From NCBI GenBank assembly GCA_973895155.1, contig OZ316898.1:498751-562750 (forward strand): 64,000 bases of DNA, given 5' to 3'. Under the pieces are notes generated by a model that did no database searches, was not told where the DNA came from, and saw nothing but the letters and a program-made list of their open reading frames with translations. This document shows positions 16,646-26,669 of this stretch, one piece after another; position 1 is the stretch's first letter; each line of letters opens with the position of its first letter. The position numbers were made by a program, and so were the translations under genes. The stretch comes from Marsupella aquatica (Eukaryota > Plantae > Marchantiophyta).

Positions 16646-19600
16646 AGAAACGAGTGAAGAAGGAGGGGAAGATTAAACCCCGGGCGCGAAGAACGATACC
16701 AGATCCAAAGGCTGCCGAAGCAGACAAGCTGAACGAAATCACGGATCGACTCAAAGCACTGTCAGTACATCTTGCGGAAAAGCCGGTGGAGAAGAAGAAG
16801 CCATCTGAGATTCGAGCCCATGCGTGGTGTTCAAAGTGCTTCCAATCCGGCCATGTGGTGCAGGAATGCCCAAGGTGGAAGAACCGAGTTCACCAAGTAG
16901 AGCTGGATGATGTTGACAACCCGGGCCCCGAATCGGAGTCCACGGAGTATTTCTCTGAGGACCCTCCTGATTCTGTGTACCAGATTTCAACGGTAGGTCC
17001 GCGTAATTTAGCGGGTAGAACCGCGTACCCCTACCCAAGTAATGGCCGGAGTTTCCAGGTTATCAGTAACCCGAGCATCCCTCCTAAGCCAGGGATTTGG
17101 CGGTCCCCGGTTTGTTACAACTGTGAAAAGCCAGGACACTTTGCGAGGGAATGCACCGAACCAAGACATCAGGGAGATGGCCGGGGCACCCCACTATGTC
17201 AAGTTTGCAAAACGGAGGCTCATTCCACGGCCAACTGTCCGTTGGTAATCGCTGCTCGAACGAGTGCGGCTAGACCGGCCCAGGCTGGACCAGTCACGAG
17301 CGATGCAGTCGTCCAAATGATTGCTATAGAATGGCAAGATGACAACACCGAGTGGGTGAATCTGGTGGACGTGGCGGAACACCCTAATCCATTGGATGAG
17401 GCTGAGTGCTACCGAGTGTCGACAAGGGCCGAACGGAAGGAAGAAAAGACGGAGGAGAAACGAAGGAAAAAGCAAGATACTACTCTGGTGCAGCCAGCAA
17501 TAAATATACCCCCGGAAAAGGACGATGACTACCGATGGGACGACCCGAAGCTGTTCTTCCCCCGCATCGAAGAATTGGTAAAGAAACAGCTGGAGGCTTA
17601 CGAAGCTCGGGAATACCAGAAGGCAATCGATAAGGACATCAAAGAAGCCGAGACAGCCCGGCGACAGGAGCAAGAAAAGCAAGATAGACAAGAGGAAGCC
17701 AAGCAGCAGCCAACGAAAGAAACAAAGGAGGACTATGATATTAAGGAGGACGTGAAGAGTTGCCCGGTTACAGCGACGGTGGGGCAATTGCTGCAGAACA
17801 ACCCACAGTACAAACGACAACTAAGGGAGTTGCTCATGGGTCGTCGAAGGAGGAGACTACCCCGAGTTGGGAGTGCGGACTGCAACATGATATGCGAGGA
17901 CCTTGGAGCGCCGGACATCTCGATCGAAATTAATAACTGTACCATCAAGATGGTTCTTGTAGACGGAGGAGCGGGAGTCAACATCATGACTGAAGAAATG
18001 TCAGTCAAGTTAGGATACCTCACGTATCAACCCACGGCCCGAGCTATCAGATTAGCAAACGGGGCAAGGGTCCTCCCATTAGGCACGCTCACACGAGTGC
18101 TCACTCTGGTGGGAGGGGTAGAGTTCTATCTCAACTTCTTAGTCATGAGGCCGGTTCGTCCCTCCTCTTACCCGGTTCTTCTGGGCAGGCCGTGGTTGTA
18201 CGGTGGCCGCGTAGTCACGGATTGGGGAAAGAAGGAGCTACGGTTCGGGGAACCCACCGTACGGGTATCCTGGGCAATGGACGATTATCAGGGAGAAACC
18301 CCACAAGGACCCGAGGAATATGATTCGGAGACCTCGGAGGAAGAGAAACTCAATATGATCGAACTCATCTCGTCCCTATCCGAGGAAGATGTCTTCGGAG
18401 TTGAAGCAACCCGAGAAACACATCTCCTAAATTACTCGAGGGCTGCCATTGAGTCCACCCCAAGCACATCTACTGTCAGGGATGCGGAAACGCACGAACA
18501 ACTCGTCGAGACGGAGGACACGGCTCCAGCTAAGCAGGGAGCCGAGGCTACTCCTTCCATTTCAGAGCCTCGTAACCATGAACCAGCCCAACAACCGCCT
18601 GAGGCCGAAAACTCAAGACCGAGACATAAAAAGCGAGTCTCATGGGATCCGTCCATTCCGCAATTGGAGGAAGTAAACCCCATCCCGAGACCAATCCCGG
18701 TCCCACCCATGTACGGAGGAGTTCGGTTAGCTGAGCTTGACGCGAGCCTGGACCCGAGTCTGCGAAACCAGGTTGAAGTCATCAGGAAGGAGCACTACCG
18801 GAAGTACACTATTGGGATGGACAAATCTTTTAACCTGGGCCACGCTCTGACGGGGAAGGCTGAAAAATCCATCCAAGCTTTGCTCAAGGAATATGAAGAT
18901 GTGTTTGCATGGAGTCATCATGATTTAACAGGCGTCTCCCCCGAGTTGGGAGAACACACGATCGATCTGAACCTAGGAGCCCATGCGGTACGACAGCGAC
19001 AACGTCGCATGAATCCAAGGTACTCCATCTTAGTGAAGGAGGAAATTGATCGTCTCCTCGCCGCCGATATCATTTACCCGGTAATGGCCAGCGACTGGGT
19101 CTCTCCCATTGTCATTGTACCAAAGAAGGGAGGTACGAATGGAAAACCTAAGATTCGTATCTGTTAGGACTACCGTAAGCTGAATGACGCAACCCGAAAA
19201 GACCATTACCCATTACCATTCACGGATATGGTTCTAGATATGGTGGCCCGAAATGAAATCTATACATTTCTTGACGGGTATTCAGGTTATAACCAAATCT
19301 GGATTCGTCTCGCGGATCAGCTCAAAACAACTTTCACTACGGAGTGGGGGACGTTCGCATTTCGGAGGATGCCTTTTGGTCTGTGTAACGCCCCGGCTAT
19401 GTTTCAGCGCCTTATGATGAATATCTTCCACGATTTCCTACGGGAATTTTTGGAGATATTTATCGATGACTTTGCCATCTTCGGAACCGTTGCCATGCAC
19501 CCCGAACACCTACGATGAACGTTGCAACGATGCCGAGATGTTAACCTCAAACTACATCCCGCCAAATGCTTCTTTGGGGTAGAGGAGGGGGTGTTACTCG

Positions 19601-21672
19601 GGCATCGTGTGTCCAAAAGGGGCATTGAGGTGGACCAAGAGAAAGTTGCGGCCTGGATGGCGGTGGTGTTCTCCGTGGATCAAAAAGCAGTACGATCCTT
19701 CTTGGGCTGCGTAGGGTATTACCGCCGGTTCATTAAAGACTTTGCTAAAATTGCGTTGCCCTTAACTGAGATGATGAAGAAGGACGCAGTGGTCGAGGAG
19801 ACCCCCCGAAGACGGTTTGCTTTTGAGGAACTCCGTAAACGGCTCACCACCGCGCCTATCATGGTCACCCCAGACTGGAATAAGGAGTTCCACGTGTATG
19901 TCGATGTGTCGGGGTTCTGTATCGGATCCGTACTTAGTCAGCTAGATGAGGATGGACGTGATCACCCCATCTATTTCGCTAGCCGTCAACTATTTGCAAC
20001 CAAAAAGAATTATTCCCCCACTGATCGAGAAGCTTTGGGAATAATCTACTCGTGTAAAAAATTCTGACACTATCTGCTAGGCTACAAGGTCATTTTCCAC
20101 ACGGATCATGATAGCCTGAAGTACATGGTCAATAAAGCGGATGTGACAGGACGGATAGCCCGGTGGGTGCTACTTCTCCAGGAATTTAATTACGAAGTAA
20201 GGGTTCGCCCAGGAAGGGTACACCTCAATGCTGATTTCTTTTCACGACTGGACGGCATACCAGTCGATCAGCCAATTGATGATATTTTTCCGGATGAGGA
20301 GTTGTTCCACGTGGGGGAAGGGACACCAACGTGGTACGGCTCAATAATCACCTTCCTTTTAATGGGCCGCATCCCTGACGGCATCAATCAGGAGGCCGCC
20401 ACTATGTTTTTACGGAAAGCTGGGCCTTACGTCATGATATAGGGTCACCTACATAAGGAAGGTATTAACGGAAAGTTACGACACTGCTTAGAGTATAAGG
20501 AGACACTTATCGTGATACGGGCCCTGCATGAAGAAGAAGCTGGAGGCCATTTCGCGGCAGTTACGACAGCCCGAAAGATTCTGGACTCGGGGTATTGGTG
20601 GCCTACGTTGCATCGGGATGTACAGCGCTTCATTAAGGGTTGTGACTTGTGTCAGCGAGCGGGGGCCCCGAGGCGGGCTCATCATCACCCGCTCACATCT
20701 GTGCTTCCATTGGCACCATTCGAAAAATGGGGAATTGATTATATCGGGCCGTTCACTCCTGTTACCCGAAGGCGAAGGTGCAGATACATCCTATTAGCTA
20801 TTGATTACTCCACCAAATGGGTCGAAGCGCGGGCTACGGTAAAGGACGACGCCACAACCAGTGCCAGATTCTTATACGAACAGATTTTCACCCGATTCGG
20901 ACCGCCCTTGGAATTGGTAAGCGACCGTGGAACCCACTTCCTCAATGACACCGTAGCCCAGCTTACGGAGCGTTACCTAGTCAAGCACCGCAAAACTACC
21001 CCGTATCATCCTAAAGCCAACGGGATGGCGGAGAGAGCAAATGGTATCATTGGGAAGATCCTCAACAAAACTATAGCTGCGCACAAAACGAATTGGGATG
21101 ATAAGTTGTACGCAGCGGTGTACTCGTATAATCTAGCTTACAAAACTACTACGAGTCACAGCCCGTACTTTCTGGTATTCGGCCAACATTCGTTGGTGCC
21201 CGTCAAATTTGAAGTGCACACTCCACGGGTCAGCATTCGGGATCGCTTACCTGAATCTGAAAGTCTGTCAGACCGAGCTTATCAGATTGAAGCCTTGGAA
21301 TAAGCACGGCTACTGGCAGCTCGACACACCATGAAGAAACAGGCAACTTCGAAGAAGCAGCACGACAAAGGACTACGGAGGGTCGACGTCGTGGCAGGCG
21401 ATCTAGTCCTTCTGTACGATAGTAGGTACATGCAGTTTCCAGGGAAGCTGCATACCCGGTGGTTGGGGCCCTTCCTTGTCAATCAGATCTACCGAAACGG
21501 ATCTTTGGAGCTTGCGACGTATGCCGGCGATTTACTCCCCACGCGAATCAGCTACGATCGTGTAAAAAAGTACCACCATCAAGATGACGACACCGATAGC
21601 GATGTTCACGAGGACACTTCACAATTAAGCAGGGAGCTATGTGACGCTGCCGGTACGGCGGTTAATGAGTGA
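16646..21672 (+). pseudogene. gag(C-terminal part)-pol of the gypsy element; single frame with 5 in-frame stops
   Basis: Three CX2CX4HX4C knuckles, protease LVDGGAGVNIM, RT DYRKLN..KDHYPLP..FLDGYSGYNQI..FIDD, RNase H, integrase HHCC plus D-D-E (GIDYIGP, SDRGTHF, NGMAERAN), and a GPF/Y motif. Stops at 19165, 19516, 20065, 20440 and 21301 are all in one frame. Confidence 0.95.
21623..21639 (+). promoter_or_regulatory. Polypurine tract
   Basis: aattaagcagggagcta lies immediately before the TG start of the 3' LTR. Confidence 0.6.
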
Positions 21673-21997
21673 TTCAGTCTAACTGCACTCGGCATGCACG
21701 TTAGGTGGGTCTTAGGCCGCTATTATTAGCATAATGACAGTATTTAGGTAATCATTAGGGGTAGGACATCATTAGGTAATAAGGGGGACTTCAGGTTCGG
21801 GCTGGCGGCGGGTCGCTATTCGCACACCCGGGTTACGAGCGTGGAAGGGCCCCTCCCTCGGGTCCGTATAACGAACTTAAGGAAGCGGCCACTGACGCAC
21901 GCTGACTCGGACCGGCGGAGTGGCCGGTACACCACAATCGTGAGCGGTTCAGCCTATGGGCGTCGAGGAGACGTCGGGGATTGACAAGCCCTCAAAG

Positions 21998-22004
21998 TAT
22001 AAAA
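21998..22004 (+). promoter_or_regulatory. TATA box of the LTR (copy at 15979-15985)
   Basis: TATAAAA followed by a pyrimidine-rich patch, about 100 bp upstream of ATG 22106. Confidence 0.6.
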
Positions 22005-22105
22005 GGGGAGCCAACCCTTTGTAGTGCACCAGTCCATCAGTCTGCGCGCCAGCTTCGACCCCAGCTCTCTCGTTCTCTCTAGGTCGCCACTACTATCTCC
22101 TCTGA

Positions 22106-24757
22106 ATGTCGCACACGATCCTCTCCAGCTTGGCCATTCGATTCTGGACGCAGTTCCTATCTACCGGAAGGCACTTGGCCGATTCATTGAAACACGCCAA
22201 CCCGCACCGATACAAAATCGAACGCGAATACGAGAGAGCCATCCGCCTAGCAGGACGACACCACTACATCCTTAACTTTGACTACCCGTCTCAGAGCGAG
22301 CTTTACCGACCAGCAGAGGTATCTGGGTACTTCTTCAACGGAGACAAATATATCGGGTTCTAGGAAGCATTGCTTCGGCTTCCGGACGAGGTCTTCAACA
22401 TCCCGGGTACAATCGACCTGTAGCGACATCACTTCGACCACATCCCTGCCCAGGTTCGGGCTGTCATTAACGGCGAGTCCAGTACCAACCGTTCGACAAG
22501 GGCGTCCGCACTCGCTTCGGAGAACTTCTACCAGCACCTGCAGAGCTTCATGGGAACTCGGCCATCGACCAACATGACCAACTCAGCCGTGCCCGTACCC
22601 ATACCCGTGCCCATGCAACCTCAGGCTCAACCTCAGGCTCAGCTTCAGCTTTAGCTTCAGCCTCAGCCGCAGCCTAGCCAAACCCCACCACCTATCACCC
22701 AGCTAGCACAGGTACGCTCCGTCATCAACGCTGTGGATCTTAGCGATGACGACGAGGCTACCCCACCCTTGACCAGGCGGCCCAGAGGAACAAGCGCTCG
22801 GGGGGCCGACACTATATCGTCCCCACCCCCTGCTCTGACCCTAGGAGCGGCCCCAACAGACAACATGGTGACCGTGGCCGCCCCGGGCCCGTTACCAATG
22901 GTAGTGGCACTCCTCAGGCCCGATCGGGAGGATGGGGAAGTATCACCTTCCCCGAGTCAGTCACGGGGAAAGAAGAGGAAGGAATCCGCCACTGCATCCG
23001 GGTTACCGTTGGCCACGGTAGCCGTAGCCAAGGTGACAATGCACCGCATGGGGGAAAACGTTCACAGCAACATCCTCCATCCCAAGCATGCGGTGTACCT
23101 GAAGACTCAGGGATTTGAGCACCTCGCCTCTCTCCCCTGGAATACTTGCAGGTACTACGGGGAGGACATGACAGAATTCATCAAGAATTATGACGACGTA
23201 CGTCAATAGACTCAACTACGGGGAAGGAATATGTCCCTCACAGAAGAACGGCTCAAGATGATCTTCGGGTTACCCGAAGGTGACCATCGAGTCGAATCAC
23301 GGGCTCCCGGGGGCAAGGGGGCCAAGTACCAATCTTCAAGTTTTCCCTCAGAGGGAGCAGTAGACAACGGGTTCGTGATGAGGACCTGCCTCATGCCCGA
23401 GATAGCTGAGCGGCTGGAGTTCCAAAGGTACGCTCTCCACATGATGGAACCCCAGGGGGAGATCTCCGCCGCCCAGGTTATCCAGGTCGAGAACTATCGA
23501 CCTAGGAAATGGGCATCGTACTTCGCTAAGAAATTCCATGAAGAGATGGAGCGGCAAAGGAAGACGTTGTACATTGGCGGGAAGACGTATTTCGCTAGCC
23601 ACATCGAAATCATTCTTGAGTGGTACGCCCGGTTTGATCGACGAACCCTTCCCCGCATCAACGTTACAAAGCTGGTCCCAGCTAGGTGGGTTTTTCCGGC
23701 ATTGGAGAGACGGCCCCAACCCGAGGCCCGAAGTCCAGTGGACACGCCAGCTTCACCCACCCCACCTCCACAAATAGCTGTAACCGTAACCGAGGAGGCG
23801 CCAGAGGGGTCGGTCGTCGCAACCGTTGATGCGACCCAACTAGCCGGGCTAAGTACAGAAGTTGGTACGGCAGAGGTCTTACCCAAACCCGGGTCTCCCA
23901 AGGACCCGCCGGTGGCAATTCCGGAGAACCGAACATCGCTGCAGGAGGACACTCCAGCCCCTTCCCACGTTATGTCCCCCGGGCTGGACGTCACTGCCCC
24001 GGCCCCTGCGCGTGTTGACGTCTGCCCATGCCCAAATCCGGACAGGCACAACTTGGACCTCTTTGTACAGGGTACGTTCCTGAACGGGCTTCTGGGAGAT
24101 TTCTCTCATCAAATTGCCCGGGATATCGGGGAGTTCATGGCCCGGAAAGTAGCCTATTTCTTCAATCAGGAGTTGGTTGCCGCCGTAAAGGCAGGTCGGG
24201 CCCAGTCGGAGGCCCTTCAGAGGATAGAGCGGTACCGGGTGGAGTCCGTGTACCTAAAGAACGAAGTGGCGGCTCAAGAGGCTGAGCTTCTGTAACTACG
24301 ACCCAAGGTTGCAGCCGTCGATGAGTTGTTAGCAAAGGCGTACACTCTTACCGCCCTAGCCGAACAGGCCAAAGCTGGGAACGAGGCCGAGATTACACGA
24401 CTCCGGAACCAGATTGACAGTTTGAAGACACAAGCTATCACCTGGCAGAAAGACCTGGAGGAGGCCGAGGAGCGAGCCCAGCGGGACACGGCGGAGATAG
24501 CCACGCTGTAGGCCGAGATAGCGCGGCTCCAAACCGAGGCCGAGAAGCAGGATCAGCTGGCGGCTAAACTGACGAGCGACGCCCAGCAGCTGGAGGAGGC
24601 ATGTCAGGAGGCAGCAGAGGAGACGGACGCGGCGAGGCAAGAGAACGAATCTCTGTTGGACCAGGTCCAGCTCCTCAAAGCGGACAATGAGAGGCTTCGA
24701 AGGCAGCGGGATGGCCGTTCCCATTCGGGCGGCTCTGGCAAGCGTGCCAGGCATTAG
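22106..24757 (+). pseudogene. LTR-encoded accessory protein (~883 aa): N-terminal domain, Q/P linker, basic NLS-like RGKKRK, conserved globular domain, C-terminal coiled coil
   Basis: ORF-track pieces 22106, 22733, 23231 and 24326 share one frame. There are 6 internal stops (22361, 22421, 22652, 23207, 24293, 24509) and no frameshift. Homologous to the ORF at 36367-39743. Confidence 0.85.
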
Positions 24758-26669
24758 CGGCGGAGTAGGAATAGATTAGGATTAGGATTGGCTTAGTCAG
24801 GCTCTTGGGATAGGCATCTGCCTTAGGTATAGCAGCGCTGCCCTGCTGTCCAGCCTGCGTAGATTAGGATCTTCTAATAAGACACAGCCATTTTCCGGCC
24901 TAACTGTCAGCTTAGTTAGGACCTTAGTCAGCGAATCTTCGGCGAGAGGACACCCCGTCCCTCGGCTCTTAGTATTTAGTGCACCCCTCGGTAGAGGCAG
25001 GGGGGTTTTTAGTTTCAGAGTCGGACATCCGCGGGATATGCGGGGAGTCCCGACCTCTGGGAATGAAAGAGTACCAAGGGGAGGGGGTAGGACTAAGCTC
25101 ACCGGGCGAGTGCGGAGCCGGGCTCCGTTGTAGTGTGCACCCTCGGCCTTGAACCTGTTCATTCCAGGGCTGTCGGGTCAACTAAGTGTACGCATATGTC
25201 CCCTTTGTAGTAAAATCCTTTCCCATCATTTTCCTTCGTGTAAATCGAGATTGTATGCATGTGTGCGCATATGTGTGTGGGTTTCTCGTATATGGGTGGC
25301 AGCGCCAGGCCAAACGCACTACCCGAGACGTGCACAGGGTGCAGCCTGTGGGTAAGTGGTTGCGAGCACGGGTTGGGGACCTGTATCATCGAATCCGGAT
25401 CGAAGGCGGACAGCACGAAGGCTTAGAAGCCCTTAAGCCGGGGTCGATCCTGCTATCGACTAAGGTACGTTCCGGCGGCGGAACACAAACCATACCTAGG
25501 AGGTGTCTGTATTTAGCAGTAGGCGCACTTAGCGCTAGTTTACGAGAATAAGGTGCATTACGTGCTTCCCTTCCTGCCCGAACCCTCAGATTTACGAGGG
25601 ATGTGCCCATCTAAGCTGAAGTCTGAGTTAAGGCCGAAGCCTACGACGTGACAGAGTGTCTTCATCATTAGGTTGATGGATTTCTTCGATAGGCTGCTTG
25701 TGATATTCATGGACGGATGGGTCTCATCAGACCCCCACTATCCATCTTGACCACACTTTTGACAATGCATTTCAATGGCCTTACAACGTGCTCAAGCTTG
25801 AGAAATTTATTGTGGACACGTCAATGTGGGTGCTGTTGTGCCTCAGAGGACACTTGCCCCCTAGAGTACATTCCTATCCCACTTGCGGATTTAATTAGTA
25901 CACTAGATATGGACTATTAGCTCTTGCCACATGTACTTCCTACTAGTGAAGTCTTAGCTACTCTTCCCCTTCTTTCCTTCTCGTTTTCCAGGGTTGCCCT
26001 TGCTTTCATTTTTTCTTGTTTGGTGTTTGTACTCTTTGGACCTGTTTTTCTTTCCTTCCTTCTTTCCTTTCTTTTGTTTTGTTCCAAATTAATAAATTTT
26101 GGTGGAAGTTTAAGTCTTCAAAAAAAGAAAAGAGTTTTGTTTTTCCCATCATTTGCTAAATTTCGCCCCCCGGGGCCCGGGTATCCCGCTGGGTTTCGCA
26201 CCGGGCGAAAAGCTGACGACAGCCAGGGCCGACTTTTTCTTCCTGCACTCGTATTCCGATACAGACTACGAAGTAATTTTTTACTCTGAGAAAAGAATCC
26301 TCCCTGCAAAGCTGATCGATGGCGACTACGGCACGATTCGAATCGCCTACGATTCGCGCTTTGTGACGACGGTGCGAGAACAGCAATGCTACTGTACTCT
26401 AGAGGCCCAGGAGAGACCCAGCTACACACGCATCAGGAGCTCGATTCCGGGAAGTGTGGAGCCTTGCCGTGAAGATTGTGAAATGGGCTTGCGGTGATCC
26501 TTGAAGTAGAGTGATCAGGAATTGCGATCTCCATGCTCTGTCCGAGAGGGAGAGAGTGAGTGGATTGGGCTCAGGAGCTATTCGTGGTTGAATCGTTGGT
26601 CTTGGGATACGATAGTGGAGGGAGGAAATCGGCGATTCAGACGGTGATCAGAAAGCAGAGCAATCCATC

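Larger units (their letters stand above)
15621..25653 (+). mobile_element. Ty3/gypsy non-chromovirus (Athila/Phygy-like) LTR retrotransposon with a giant protein-coding LTR
   Basis: Starts TGTGACG and ends CGTGACA. Perfect 5-bp TSD GAGTG at 15616-15620 and 25654-25658. Domain order PR-RT-RH-IN. The direct repeat begins at 15621 and 21640. Confidence 0.95.
21640..25653 (+). repeat. 3' LTR, 4014 bp
   Basis: Starts after the PPT with the same TGTGACG as the element's 5' end and ends CA before the TSD. Two separate internal segments are also present in the 5' LTR remnant. Confidence 0.88.
14460..25800 (+). mobile_element. Degenerate CRE-like (RLE-type) non-LTR retrotransposon 3' fragment, split by insertions (pieces ~14460-14889, ~15262-15620, 25654-~25800)
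   Basis: Decayed translation reads ASLPFQVHL..RSFLP, GGWLQTNP..LRMS..F..AI..CLGMPYP....CTCG, VDLTMVCDGRHTLVNVVVAKP, DTFLPLAIEIFECLH across the GAGTG TSD, then ISMALQRAQA. Same motifs and order as the element at 35440-41995. Confidence 0.7.

Noticed and set aside
16005-16676. The 223-aa ORF as a separate gene
   Set aside because: It is a chimeric frame created by the 1393-bp deletion in the 5' LTR.
16450-19167. The 905-aa ORF as a natural full-length gag-protease
   Set aside because: Its first ~65 codons are LTR sequence read out of frame and fused to late gag by the deletion at 16645/16646. It also has a non-ATG start.
22171-25653. A short (~530 bp) 3' LTR followed by a second tandem element
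   Set aside because: There is no CA end, PBS or TSD near 22170, the ORF runs straight through it, and the TSD is at 25654. Not fully excluded without other copies.
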